This document shows positions 48,896-62,000 of a stretch of DNA of 62,000 nucleotides, piece by piece. Made by a program: the position numbers and the translations under genes. The DNA comes from Lama guanicoe (taxonomy: Eukaryota). The notes under the pieces were generated by a model that was not told the origin of the DNA, did no database searches, and saw nothing but the letters and a program-made list of their open reading frames with translations. The DNA lies in the NCBI GenBank assembly GCA_013239625.1, contig MU054338.1:3805371-3867370 (forward strand). Direction: 5' to 3'. Positions within the stretch are counted from its first letter, which is position 1, and each line of letters starts with the position of its first letter.

Positions 48896-51812
48896 CATTT
48901 GTTATCAGAGTTTGGCTGGCTATGTCTGCGAGTGTGTTGGGCTGGGACCCAGGTCCTACCTTTTACTCACTGATGGATCTGAGGCAAGGGACCCCCTGCT
49001 CTCAGCACCTCAGTTTCCCCCGTATATAACCCAGGGCCTGTGCTAGCACCACTGGGAGCACTCACTTCCTGTCTCTAGAGGAAATGAGCTCCCCATCGAG
49101 GGGAGGAACCAAGCAGGATGGCTCTGCTGTGGAAGGAGTCACAGTTCAATACCACTCTGAGATGTCCCTGAGGAGCCAAGGAGGGTGTTTATCGGCCCTG
49201 GGGCCAGCCAGTAAGGTTCCAGGTGGCCTCTGTCCGACAGATCCTGAGGGGCCGAGCCTGCAGCCAGAGGGAGGCCCCCGGTGCTGCTCCTCTCCCACCT
49301 GCTTCAGGGCCCCATGCCTCAGATCCACTGGGCACTGCATGGCACATGGGTGGTGGGGGCGGTGCTCTCCATAGGGGGTCCCCACGCACACCTAGTGTCC
49401 CGGGAATTCTAGCTATCTGTCACTAGGTCACTGGTGGGGTGGGGGCCGATGCACAGGCAGCCAGGCCGGGGGCGCTGACAGGGATTTTTCCATCCACCAA
49501 CCTCCAACCCCGCCTTGCCTGGGTCTCCCACAGGCCTGAACTCAGCCCCACAGGGCAACGGGGGCTGGAGGACCCGACTGCAGAGAAGGGATGGATGGTG
49601 ACTGGGTTCATGGGGGGCATTTGGGGCTTTTGAGCACCGTCACTCTGACCACACACACCCCTCTGGCAAGTCCTGTCAAAAAACAGGAACCAGAAATGAA
49701 GCGCATGTGTGTAACAGGGATACAGGTCACCTCCTCCCCATCCAACCTGCCCCTCCACCCATTGGCACTGGCCAGGGAACTCCTACGCCGGGGATATCAT
49801 CCCTGGCGGCCACAGGGCCACTTGACCCTCCTTCTCAGAGTGCCACCTCCTCCAGGAGGCCTCCTGCCACTGTCCCTCCCATCTTTCTAATTTCATGGCC
49901 TCAAACCACCTATTTTGCCTACAATTTTATTTCAGATTTTATTGACATTTTTGCTGGCTTCTCACAGCTGGCGAGTGCTGCAGGGAGGGGGCTGGGATTT
50001 GAACTGAGACCTCCTGGCCTCGGAATGTGCAGCTGGACCAACCACCAGCCCCTGGGGTCCAGCCGTTGTGGGGCAGAGGAACCCCCTGCCCAAAGCCAGA
50101 GGGAGCCGGGCTCATCCTGAACGTGCTGTGTAAGTCTGGAGATTTCCTGCCTCTGGGGGATGCTTGCCTGGCGATGCCAGGCAGGGCTTCCCTGGAAAGG
50201 GGTTGGTCCCAGGGCCCAGAGTAGGGGCGTCTGGGGGTCCCCCTAAATCAGGCTTGGGATGAGCTGGGACCAGCGTGCACTGGGACCACCTGCACCCCCA
50301 GCCCAGGTCTCTGCCTGCATTGGACCCTCAGTGCCTTGCCCAGCCTGGGCTGTGGGTGATGGAGCTGCCAGCCCGCTGGAAATTGCATTCCCCTAGGGCC
50401 TCAGGCTGAGGGCCAAGGGGCGGCTGGTGGCTCAGGAGGGCAGCACCCCCACCCCCCGGCCGGGATGGGTGACAAATGAACCACACGTGTGACATGGGAC
50501 ACATGGGAAGGTGACTGGGGTGAGGATGGAGCTTGGGTATGAGGAGAGGCTACCCTGGCATCTTCCAATGTTGGCCCAGGGGGCCAGGGCCCAAGGAGGG
50601 TTCCCAGTCTCCTCTGAACCTCAGAGAAACCTCTAGAAAGAGGGAGAGAGAGGGAGAAAGAGAGAGGTGTTCAGCTGCCAGACATCAGCTCAGTTGGAGG
50701 CGGTGACCACCTTGGGCCCACCCACCCCTGGGGGCCGGCCCTGCCCCAGCCTGCAAGGACACCCTAACCTGGCCCCCAAGGTCTGCCTCCTAAGACCCTG
50801 GCTTGCAGCCAGCCCACGGGGAGGGCCCCAGGTGTGTGGTGTGGGCGGCAGGTGAGCGATGGGCCCAGCGAGGCTGGCTCAGGCCCGGGGTCACCGGAGG
50901 GCCTGTCAGGGGCCCCCTAGGCCCCCCAGCCCCTCACCCGCCAGTGCCCCTCCACCCTTGGGCCTGGCTCCAGTCACACGCCTTGCAGGGATCTCCGCAG
51001 GCCCCCTGTGCAGGCAGGGACGCCGGGGCTCCAAGAGTGCCAGGAATTCCCCTCCGCCACCAACTCAGTCTCCCTTGGCAGTCTCCAGAGAGCAGCAATT
51101 TCCTCCAACCTCAGAAGGCTCTGGAATGTGCAGGAAGTCCTCATTTAAAGTCAGAATCCACCTGCAGCCTCTAAGTGGTGGGGCTGGGCTGGCACCGGGC
51201 CCTGTCTATCTGACCACAAGAGCTTTGGAGAACAGATTTTGCTCTCTGGCCGGTAGCTGTGTGACCTTAGGTGAGTGGCATAGCCTCTCTGGGCCTCAGT
51301 CATGTCAACCACAGAACAGAGCCAACACCCTCTTCAGGTGATTATCCTCCCCTACTTTCTCTGTGGGGCGGAATTGTGCACAGGCGCTGGAAACCCATAG
51401 GCCTGGGCCCCTGGCCCTCTTGGGGCCTCAGTCTCCCCTCCTGTGATATTGTAAGGAATGCGGCCTCTTCCCGCCCAGCGTCACGGTGCTGGGGGCTGCC
51501 TGGCAGGGAGGGAGTGGGGGAAACTCAAGGTGACAGAAACCTGGCGTCCCTGTGCTGCCCGCCCCCGCCTTTCTTCACCCCAGTCCCCTGGCACGTTGGG
51601 GTCTGCCTGCCCCTGGCACCCCAGCCCTGCCCGGGTTCATGGGGCTTAAATTTCAGCCCATGGTGGGTGAGGAGGCGGGGGCCGGATACGCTTCATTTTC
51701 CAATTTCTGGAAATAAAAGCTGTGGGGCCACCTATTGCTGAGTGGAAAAAAAGCCCATTGCAAAACTGTGCATGAAAAAACAACAGGTCTGCGTGCATCG
51801 CCGCTGCCGAGG

Positions 51813-51824
51813 GAGAGAGAGAGG

Positions 51825-51858
<34 letters not shown>
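51813..51858. repeat. Imperfect (GA)n microsatellite
   Basis: Direct reading. Confidence 0.85.
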
Positions 51859-53939
51859 CAGCAAATTCCAGGGGCGACACGCGCTGGGGAACAAAGGGCG
51901 CTTTCTCTAGCTCTGGAAAGGTTTTGTGGAGCGTGTGTGGCAATTTCAGAGTCGGGAAAGCCAGGGAAAGTATTTTGCAAGAAAGAAAATGGTTTGGAGA
52001 AGATCTGTCGGGACAAGGAGATGGAAGAGCACGGATTTCGTTGGTTTGTTTTCGGAGGATGTTTTCCAATTTCCTAAGACACCTGTCCCTCCACTGGCAA
52101 AACCCTGAGCCAGAAATGCGAGTGACCTGGGCACCGGGCCCGGCCCTGCAGGGAGCAAATGGAGACGCCACGTGTGGAAGATGTGCCCAGAATCCCCCCC
52201 ACCCCCAACCATTGGTGTTCTCCAGAGAGCAGCAATTTCCCCACACACAGGCTCTCCAACTGTTCCGGAAGTCCTCGCTTACAACTGGAATCCACCTGCA
52301 GCCACTTGGGTCCCCAGCCCAGCTGCAGTCCCTGGCTCAGCCCCTTGGCCTGAAGGGCGACAGTTCTGGGGGTGGACCTTGGAATGATGGTAGAGCCAGG
52401 CAGGAGGGAGTTAGGTCACATTTGGCTCATCTTCTGCTCAAGACCCTCCTGTGGCCCCCACCACCCCCATCATGATTCCAGAGGCAAAGCCCACAAGTCC
52501 TGCTGCATCTCCCCATGAGCCTCCTCACGGTTCAAGCCCCAGGACCTTTGCACATGCTGTTCCCGCTGTTTGGAACTCTCCCCATCTTGACACCCACATG
52601 AGTCCCTTAAATATCTCCCTCTCAAATCATTGTATTTCTAATTGCCTTGCCAGCACTCCACATCTCCTTTCTCACATTACTTTTCTCCACAGCAATGACT
52701 ACCACTCAACTGGACCATGTACTGGACTTATCTGCATGATTTATTGTCTCTTGCCTGTCTCCCCCACCAGAATTAGCTCCATGAGGGATCTGGGTCTCCT
52801 TTGCTCCCTGCTGAGATTGGAGCATCCTGAACAGTCCCTGACACACAGGAGGGCCTTAATAAACGCTCCTTGACTGACTGAGGGAATGAATGAATGAACG
52901 AACAAACGAACGTACAGTACTAAGCACGCTGGAAAATTCTCCAGTCTCCTGGCTTGTCCTTGCCTCTCGCCAAGACTGGGAGCCCTGTGTCTCCAGGAGG
53001 ACTTGGCACTCAGTAAACAGGTGCTGAATAAATTACGCCGTCTGGGAGTCCACAGAGACAGAAGTTTGGACTCGAACTCGGGGAACTGTAAATGAAGACT
53101 CTGAGGACTCTGGACTTCGGTGCAGGAGGGACTCCGCCCACCCTTTTCCCTGCCCCCAACCCTGACTGCCCCTGGCCACTGGCTGTCTCCAAGGGGCCTA
53201 CAGGTGAGGCACTTGTGACCTGGGGTGACACTGGGCGGGCGACGTGGGGCTCGGATGGCGCTGGATGGCAGGCACAGGCAGGCAGGCAGGCAGGCGAGGA
53301 ATGCTCTGGCGGACAGGAATGAATAAACAGGCTCCTTGGATGTCAGAGGTTGGGGGGTGGGGGACGCCTTGAACCTCATGCTTGGCTGAGGATGTTTGGA
53401 CAAGGCAGGCGGCCAGGGGGTGTCATCAGTGCTAAAATTAGCCTCCAATTCCCGCACAGCCCCTCCCTCCTGGGCTGGGAGGCCAGGACAGGCCATCACT
53501 TACGTGAGTGCTAACTTTGCGCCAGGCCGGTCTCCTCCGGCACATGAATGCATTGAATCCTCTCAATGACCCTGACTGTCAGTACTATTAACAGTAGCGT
53601 CGTTATTATTATCATCCCCATTTTACAGGTGAGGAAACTGAGGCACAGAGAGAGCACTTGGTTCCAAGACACACCACTCAGAAAGGGCAGGGCTGCAATT
53701 CAAACCTGGGATTCAGGGACGGTGCCCTCACCACCAGGACCTTGCAGAAGGTGGGAGAGATGACAGACCCTCGCCCCGCAGTGGGTACTTGTGAGAGGTG
53801 CACATGTGACAGGGAGGCCCCCTAGGGTCCTGCAGGGCCGGGGTCCCTCTGATCGGTCAGTGTTGGCCAGCATCTGGGTATTCACCCATAGCGCGGGGAG
53901 GCCAGCTGAGGCCCGCTGTCCACCCAGGCAGGATCAGAA

Positions 53940-54067
53940 AGGGCTGCCAGAGAGAATCCAGCTGAATCTGAAGTTCAGTTAAACATGAATCATGTTTTAG
54001 TGTAAGTATGTCCCGCGTATGAGATGTTCAAATTTCACTGGCCATCTGTATTTTTATTTGCGGGCCT
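53940..54067. mobile_element. MER53-like MITE
   Basis: gggctgccaga...aagtatgtccc...ttcaaatttcactgg...tgtatttttatttg. Confidence 0.55.
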
Positions 54068-55289
54068 GATTTTAGCTGGGGGGGGGCCCTTGGGAGAAGG
54101 GGGACAGGAAGGCAGGGAGGAGGTGCTGGACGGCAGGGTGACTCCTGCTGAGCGTGTGTGTTGGGTGGAGGGAGGACCAGTTGGGAAGGAGATGGGGAGG
54201 GGTTGCAGGCCTCTCTGCCCTAGCCCCTAGCCTTCCAGGGCTGCCTGCTCGGCCATTACTCATTTTTAATGGTGGTCACTGGGGCAGAGTGTGAGCCGGG
54301 AACACCTGGGCCCGAGGCTCCCGCAGCAGGCGGCCTCACTAATGGGGGCTAGAGGGTGAGTAGGGGTGGGGGCTGGGCGGGGGTGTGTCCCTGTCCATCA
54401 GGGGGCCGGCCTGAAGCAGGAAGGGTCCAATCTGGGGCAGGGGCAGGAAGGAGACCCCCACTGCACCCTGCCATTTCCTTTCCAGTTGAGATGGGAGACC
54501 AGAGACTGCATCTCTGGATATTTTACTGAGGTCCTCCTGGGCCCCAGGTTCCCAGACGCAGAGCTGGGGGCCGGGGCTGCTCTGGCGCTCCTAGCCTCCC
54601 CTACCCTCCGGCTCCCCATATGCCAGCCTCAACCAGGGTGGTACCCATGGGGTTATGGCACCCTCACAGCCGAGCTGGGCTGAGGAGTGGCAAGTGAGGC
54701 CCCGACTGGCAGCAGCGCTGGTGCTGGAACCCAGACCTCTCACTGCAGAACTGGTGCTCTCAGCCATGCTCCCTTTTCACCCCCGGAGCCAGCCTCCATG
54801 CTGCTCCTCTTGCCTGGGTTATTCTTTCCCCCTTCTCCTGGAAAGCTCCTATTCATGCTTCAGCACCCCTTTCTCTAGGAAGCCTCCCTGGACACCCAGG
54901 CTCGATCAGGTTCCTTCTCTGGGTCCCCCTCTGCCTGTGCAACCACATTACAGCCCTGGTCAGCTCAAGCTGTAACTGCCTGGCCACATGTCTGCCTTCC
55001 CCACTGGACTGTGAGACTCGGGAGGGTAGGCTGGGTCTGTCTTGGTCACCACTACAACCCCAGTGCCCAGGACAGGGCCCAGGACTCTGCAGGTAGAAGT
55101 GTTCTGGAGTCAGTCACAGGGCCTTGGCGTTATCTTCATTTGCTGTGTGACCCTGGGAAAACAGCTACCCTTCTCTGAGCCTTGGTTCCCCCATCTGCAA
55201 AATGGGGTATGAGCACTTCCTTCCGAGCCCGAATCACACAAAAGATGTTGCAACCAGGCTTGGGGCCAGGAGGAAGCTCAACAAATGCT

Positions 55290-56220
55290 TATCCAAACAT
55301 TGAGACGAGTTGAAACCACAAAGCGGTGCCACCACACACCCACTGAAAACGGCCAAAATCCTGAACACCAACGCCACCAAATGCTGACAAGGATGTGGAG
55401 CAACAGGAACTCTCATTCATTGTTGGTGGGAATGCAAAATGGCTCAGCCGCTCTGGGAGGCAGTTTGGCGGCGCCTCACCAAACGGAACATACTCTCAGC
55501 ACACGATCCAGACTCACGCTCCTTGGTATTTGCCCAAAGGTGTCAAAAACTCGTGTCCACACAAAAACCTGCACACGAATGTTTATGGCAGCCTATTCAC
55601 GATTGCCAAAACCTGGAAGCCACTCAGATGTCCTTCAGTAGGTAAACGGATAAACCACTTGTGGGACATCCAGACAGTGGAATGTTATTTGGTGCTAAAG
55701 AGAAATGCGCTACCCAGCGGTTACAAGACGTGGAGGAACCTTAAATGCCCATTATGAAGAGAAGGAAGCCGATCTGGAAAGGCTATATACTGTATGATTC
55801 TAACTATAGATCATTCTGGAAAAGGCAAAACTATGGAGACAGTAAACGGGTCGGTGGCTGCCAGGGGTGGCAGGAGGAGGGTGAAGAGCCAGAGCACAGG
55901 GGATTTTTAGGGCGGTGAAACTGCCCTGTGTGATGCTACGGTGGTGGATGCCTGTCGTTCACTGTACATTTGTCCAAGCCCACAGGACATGAACGCCAAG
56001 AGAGAACCCTCATGCCAACTGTGGACTTCAGTTTATAACAATGTATCAGTATCAGTTCATCAAATGTAACGGATGTAGCATGCGAATGCCAGAGGTTAAC
56101 AACAGGGGAAACAGTGAGTGCACTGGGGGAGTAAGGTGCTATCTGGGAACTCTGTACTTTCTGCTCAATTTTCCTTTCAACCTAAAACCGCTCTAAAAAT
56201 ATCAAGTGTATTAATTTGAA
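55290..56220 (+). mobile_element. L1M(C)-type fragment (ORF2 end and 3' UTR)
   Basis: aaggatgtggagcaacaggaactctcattcattgttggtgggaatgcaaaatgg...gggaactctgtactttctgctcaattt. Confidence 0.85.
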
Positions 56221-58299
56221 AATTTTTCGGGTAGGGAGTGCACCAACCCACGTGCACAGTGACATTTGCTACAGGGTTTTCATCGCTGCACTATTTCAAG
56301 CAGCAAGACTGGGAGGAAGGAAATGTACTTTGTTGGGGCTGACAACCCCATCACAGGAGGGAATATTATGCGGCTGTTAAAAGGCAAGAGACCATTCTTG
56401 ATGGAAAGGAATCCAGGATGTAGTTATGAGGGAGTCGGATGGTCTGCCGAACAGCAGGGACAGAGGGTGTGACACCGTCTGTTTGTCTGGGGGGTGGGGA
56501 CATTGCTGAGAGGGAAACAACCCAGCTGGCGACCTCTGGGGAGGCTGGGTGGCTGGCGTCTTTTCTGACCTTTCGTATGTTTTAAGTTGTGTGGCCTGAG
56601 TCTGTTTTACCTACTGAAAAAAAAACCCTGTGAAATATCTTCTAGAAAGAATGCTGTAGGGAAAACAAAATGGGCGAAATAAAAGCGTTTGGACAGGCTT
56701 TAAAAGAAGGAGGATTTGGGGGTGGGTTTAGGCGGGGCCGCGGGTCTGCCTGCCACCCCTCGTTTGGGCCGAAAGCCCTCCTGCGGCCCCCGGCGCCTGG
56801 CCCTCGCCCGGGCTCCCGCCTTTCTTGCTCTGTGTCAGGGGATGTTCGGAGCCCAGCAGCGGCCCTGGGGGTGAGACATGGGCTGGGCTGGGACCAGGCC
56901 TGATGGAGCCCTCACGGCTGGGCCGACCACCCAGCACCCCAGGAAGCCCCTGGGAGGCTTGGCTGGCGCCAGAGAGGGACCTGTGAGTGCCAGTACGTGG
57001 CTGGGGGTCCGGCCAGGCCTCTCTGGGAGTCACATCCAAGGAGGAGAGGAGGGAGGAAGTGTGGAAGGGAGCTACTGGTGGGGGAGCTCAGGGGCTGCTC
57101 TGTGCCTCAGTTTCCTCACGGGAAGTCACTTTCTGACTGGGAATGCCAGAGATGGCCTGTATGCAGAGAACTGGGGGCTCCCCTGGGTTCTGAGCTCCAG
57201 ATGTTGAGCCAGAGAGGGTGAGAGAGGGCAAAGCTCTGTGCTCCACTTCCGGACCCCTGGAGTGACGACCAAGCTGGTTCTGGCTTTGAGGGCAGGCTGG
57301 GGCCCCTCATCCCCACCAGAACCCAGCCAGGAGACCTTTGGGTCTCCCTATTCCTGAGACCCCCAAACTCCCATCTATGTGGGGACCCTGTGGGCATTCA
57401 GGGCCCGGGCTCCCTCCTGGGACAGCCATTTTGGGGGGACACACACGGGCCGGGACAAGGGGAATGTTTTTAACCAGAAGCGCCTCTATGGGGAAAGCAG
57501 TGTGGGTTTCACGATATCTGGCAGGCAGCAACTCCCACGGCAAGAAATCCTGCCTGGCTTCCTGTGTCCACCTGGGAAACATGCCTGGCTTTGGCCCTTC
57601 CTGTCTCTTCAGTCACCCCCAGTCCACCCCACCCCGCCATGTGGCCTCCCAGCTGGGATGCGGGCAGTGCACGGGGCTTCTATCCTCATGGCCTTTGCAT
57701 GCTCTGTTCCCTCTGGCTGGAACACCCTTCCTCCAGTCCCCCCGAACCTCCCACCCCTGCGCCGAGGCTGGTTTCTTTGGGTTCCTTCCTGACTTGCCCC
57801 AGGGAGAGAGGACCCACTGTCCCCACCACCCTGGCCTGGCCTTCACCTCACCTTGGTTTTCCCTCTGGGGCATAGTTTGTGTTTGCTCGGCTGTGCCCTC
57901 TGTTTTCCTGTTCTTCCAGACCAGACTTTGAGCTCCAGGAAGGTGGGGACCGTATCGGGCTAGTGGGCTGACGTGACCCCAGGCCCCAAACTCCCCCTGA
58001 CACATGTAGGTGCTCAAGAGATACTTGTGTAAGTGAATTCTGAATCGTGACCTCAAGACTCTCACATATGGATGGTCCCTACTTGCCCTCCCACCCCCGC
58101 TTCCCACAGCCGTCTTCCCTGGGAGTGAAGTGGGAGGGACCCCACTCAGAACAGGGCTGGGCTCTGCGGTGCTCCTAGGCGGGGTGCTGACCCAGGGGTA
58201 TAACGACCAGGATGTGCGCCAGGCCTTAAGGAGACACGCAGTCCACCAAACAACGCACACAATGATGACACAGGATTTAGAAGCCGACAGGTGTGATGG

Positions 58300-58850
58300 A
58301 CAGAATCAGAGGTAAAGAGCAAGTGGGGCACGGCTGGCTGGGTAGGATGCCATTTCAATATCGTGTTAGGGAGGCCTCGGTGGGGAGGTGACACCGGAGC
58401 TGAGAACTGAGGGAGGTGAGGGGGGAGCTTAGGGGACATCTGGAGGGAGAGACAAGTCCAGGCTGAAGGCACAGTCCATGCAGAGTCCCTGGGGCAGGAC
58501 TGTGCCGGGCGCGTTGGAGGAACAGCCAGGAGCCTGTGTGGCCGGAGCAGAGTGAGGAGGGAGGTAGGGAGGGCAGGGAGGGGAGGGGCAGGTGATGCAA
58601 GGCCTCGTGGGCCTCAGGGAAGACTCGGGCTTTTACCTTCAGGGAGGTGGGAGCCCTGGAGGGCTGTGGGCAGCGGGGCGGGGCCTGACTCGGGTGCTGA
58701 CACTGGCTGCTTCGGGGAGGGCAGACTGGGGATCAAGGGTGGGAGCCGGCGACCAGGATGGAGGTGAGTACCCTGGTCCAGGTAGGCGATGATGGGGGCT
58801 GGAGGGAGGGAGAGGTGGGCAGATCCATTATCGATTCTGAAGGCAGACGA
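58300..58850. mobile_element. L2-like fragment
   Basis: agggaggcctc...ggtgacac...gcagagtccctggggcagga...ggaggaacagccaggagcctgtgtggccggagcagagtgag. Confidence 0.55.
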
Positions 58851-61800
58851 GCGTGAAAAGGGGTGAGAGGGCCAAGGACCAGCCCCCTAGGTCCCGCAGG
58901 GGCAAATGCCCACCCTCCTCCAGAGGCTCGTGCGTCCTCCCCAACCCCCAAACCCACGTCCAATGTAACTTTTAAAAGGCATTTGCGGGGGTATAGTTTT
59001 GCTTTTAAAATCACTTGGCCGCAAGAACATTTCCCTTGTCCCACTGGGAAACCTTCCAGAGGCAGTTTACAACGTTCTTCCCCAACAACAGCTGATAGCA
59101 GTAACAGTAATACTAGTGGTAATGATAAAAGGACTCAAGCTGAGTGGCTGCTGTGAGCCAGGCCCTGCGAGGTCACCTCCGGGGCCTCGTTCCCTCTCAT
59201 CTGTCAAACAGGACCACCTGAATGGCTCACTCTTTGGGCTGCGGGGAGGGTTGGATGAGCTGCAGAAACAAGAACAAGGCCGCGTGGACCGCAGGGCCCT
59301 GCTGACGGCGGGGAAAGGCCGGAAGCTTTGTCCTCTGGTCTCACTGGGACGGCTCCTTTTCTCACACCCGGCCTGGCCTGGACGGCTGGGTCAGTCCTTG
59401 CGGCCTCATCCCCGCTGGCAAGTGTCTGTAGGGCTGGGGCCCTCGGGGAGGTGCCCACTGCCCCCAGCCCTTCCCAGCTCACCTGTGCCCCCTCACCCCC
59501 CCAATTCCAGGCCTTTGCTCCTGCTTTGCCCTCTGGCTGGGACGCCTGCCTCCGTCATGCACATCTGGAAAGACCTCTTCATTCCCGGGTCCTCACTACT
59601 CCACCTCGTCCAGGAAGCCCTCCTGCCCCTCCAAGGAGGCGCCGGCTCCCTGAGTCCCTCCCTCTCTTCCAGTCCAGACTGCTTGGGGCAGGGAACAGCT
59701 TCATCAAGGCAGGGCGTGGGGGTAGACAACACTGGAAGGATCCTTCTCTGCCCTCTGTGGGGGCTGCTGTGGCAGGAGGTGGGGTTCAGGCAGAAGGGTG
59801 GGAGGGGATTGGATCCTCTGGACAGGGGCGGTCCCCACGGGGCCTGCTTATGGGGATGATGTCAGTCCCTTACAGCCTAGTAAATGTTTATGGGCAAGGG
59901 GGCCTCGGTTTGGGGCTCCCTGGAGACCAGGAGGCAGCTGCTCCCTCCTGCCCCATTTTGGGGGGCCTGGGCTGCTGGTGGGGGGCCTGGCAGACCTGCT
60001 CCAACACTGGCCGCCAGCCCGCAGAGGGCTGGGTGGGCGGCAGCACGGCCCAGGTCTGAGCCGGCAAGAGGGGAAACCGAGGCTGGGAGGCATGAGGGCT
60101 GGCTGGCTGTGTCCTCCTCCCCTCTCTGGGCCCCAAATCCGGTGCAGGGTCTGGGCTTTGGGAGAGCCGGGGGCTGAAGAAGGGTGTGCGGGAGGGGGAG
60201 GCCCAGGCGCATCTGGTTCTGGAAGCTACTGCCGTGCGGGGCATTGAATAGGCCCCCGGCTCAGTCCTCAGCATCCTTGATGACGCTCATCGGTCCTACT
60301 TAGAGCAATGGGTCCGACTCTGAGCATCTGGCACCCCTGCTCCCCTGGCTGCGGCAGGTGGGCCAGATGCGGAGGGAGGGGCCAGCGGATGGAGCGGGAG
60401 GCAGAGATGGAACTCAGCTCCTCTGAGGACACTGAAGGGCCACAGGGCCGAGGACCTGGGGGTGACTGGCCATGGTTCTGAGCGTGGTGGGCTCTGCCCT
60501 CTGCCGGCCACCACGGAGACAGACTAGGCAGGTGAGAGCAGGGGACCCCACCCCCCGGAAAGGCATGGAAGGGGCGCTTCCCTGGGGCAAAGTCATCTTC
60601 CCTTTTGGGGAACACCTCTGAGGGAGGGACCGTCATACCCACTTGCCAGGTGGGGAACGGGGACAGAGCCAGGGAAGAACCGAGTACTGGGACTCAAATG
60701 CAGGTCCGGGAGCCCAGAGCCCTCTGTAAGGGCTCAGACGGCCCCCTGGGCCCTCCCCTCCCAGCCCAGGGGCCGGGGCATCTCCAGCCTCTCTCAGGGG
60801 CTCCAAGTCCGGGCACAGGCACCGAGGCCTGGGCATTAGCCCGAGCAGGCACCCACTCCCGGGAGGACGTGCTGGGCGGGGGCCGTGAGGAGCCAGCGGG
60901 GCGAGGCCAGCCCAGCACGCCGGGACTCTGCTCTGCCCACGTGTAGCCTCAGAGGCTTAACACCAGGGTTAGTTACCACCTGGGGTGGACAGAGGAGGAA
61001 AGCAAGGCTCCGAACTTGGCTTTCAACCATGTCCAGGCCCCTAGGGCAGGCTCGAGAGACAAAGGAAACAGGACAGGGCCAGACACTGGCGAGGGGGCGT
61101 GTGAGGGCTGCAGCCAGCCCAGCCTGCTCCGGCTGCCCCCAGACCACCTGTAGCGCCCAGATTCCCCACCAGGACCCAATCCTGCCCTTGCCCAGCCCTT
61201 CTCCCTAGGGTGGGGCCCGGGAGAACCCTAATTTATGGCCCACTGAGGCGTGCTGGAACATGCCGGGCCTTCCCTGCTGGCTGCCAGGACGGACAGAGCC
61301 AGTTCTGCAGAAGGCCCGGGGGCCGGGCCGCGCCAGAATTCCGGGGTGGCCTAAATCACTGCGCCTGACTCGACGCCCTCCTTTCAATGCCACTGTGGGC
61401 CCCTGCCCGGCAGGCTCCTGGTGGCCTGTCACCCACCTGTCATATGGGGATGTGGCTCTGGGGCCAGGCCATCCGTGCCTCTACGCTCCAACGCCCAGGA
61501 ATTCGGAAGTGAGCCGTGTGTGGGGCCTGGGCGTGTTTCCCACATGTTGTTGGCTTTGGGGGGAGGCCCAGAGAGGGACCTGCACGGGGGCTGTAGGAAG
61601 GGCTGTGGGTCACGGGGCCCAGCTTGCCGGACAACCGGCTGGCCACCTGCAGGCTCCTGCCCGCCAACGGAAGTGGCTGTGGCCCGGCGACCCCTGCCTG
61701 ATGCCCGGCTGGCGCCACCGGCCCTGTCGGGCACAGACCCAGATGCCTTATCTCCCACTCCCGTCCTCGTCTGCCCGAGCCTCCCTGGTGCCGGCCTGAA

Positions 61801-61877
61801 CCCCAGCCCTCTCTGGCAGGGCTTCGCCCTGGAGAAGGAGGGGAAGGGGAGGAAGACTCACACAGACAGACACAGAA

Positions 61878-61883
61878 TTTATT
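61878..61883 (-). terminator. NDUFA11 poly(A) signal AATAAA
   Basis: tttatt about 48 nt past the stop. Confidence 0.8.
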
Positions 61884-61930
61884 TTCAGACGAACTTCAAC
61901 CTGCCCAATGTCCTGGGGAGGCAGCGGGGC

Positions 61931-62000
61931 TCACACCTTGGGCTCTGCGAACACCTTCCAGCCCTCCATCTGGCCCATCTTGACCAGGGCAGCCATGATG
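61931..62000 (-). CDS. NDUFA11: NADH:ubiquinone oxidoreductase subunit A11, end of last exon (partial)
   Basis: Minus strand IMAALVKMGQMEGWKVFAEPKV-TGA matches the recalled NDUFA11 C-terminus; syntenic position. Confidence 0.9.
   Translation of the reverse strand, partial: IMAALVKMGQMEGWKVFAEPKV

Noticed and set aside
58999..59859. 286-aa ORF between FUT and NDUFA11
   Set aside because: Non-ATG start, overlaps MIR-like sequence, low-complexity composition
42000..61800. Second or third FUT paralogue as in human
   Set aside because: No FUT motifs in the ORF track or by eye; a highly decayed copy would need tblastn to exclude

Overview
GC-rich mammalian genomic DNA, syntenic with the human 19p13.3 block CATSPERD - PRR22 - DUS3L - NRTN - FUT6/3/5 - NDUFA11. 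The tRNA-derived SINEs resemble the camelid Vic-1 family, so an alpaca or camel source is likely (inference). I reconstructed exon structures by hand with GT-AG boundaries and consistent phases: the last 4 coding exons of CATSPERD (+), PRR22 (-, 3 exons, 421 aa), DUS3L (-, 13 exons, 650 aa), NRTN (+, 2 coding exons, 197 aa, plus a probable CpG-island leader exon) and the last codons of NDUFA11 (-). The only alpha-1,3-fucosyltransferase (FUT3/5/6 lineage) copy seen is a pseudogene with five frameshifts, a nonsense codon and a 33-bp deletion; four of the frameshifts compensate in pairs. Candidates worth checking: an 11-bp-phased array of four octamer motifs upstream of the NRTN ATG, a 17-bp motif recurring within NRTN, a uORF in the putative NRTN leader, an open frame bridging DUS3L and PRR22, and a SINE abutting a CATSPERD splice acceptor. 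I see no evidence of a wholly new gene system. Gene and repeat names come from my recollection of the families, not from database searches, and repeat boundaries are approximate.
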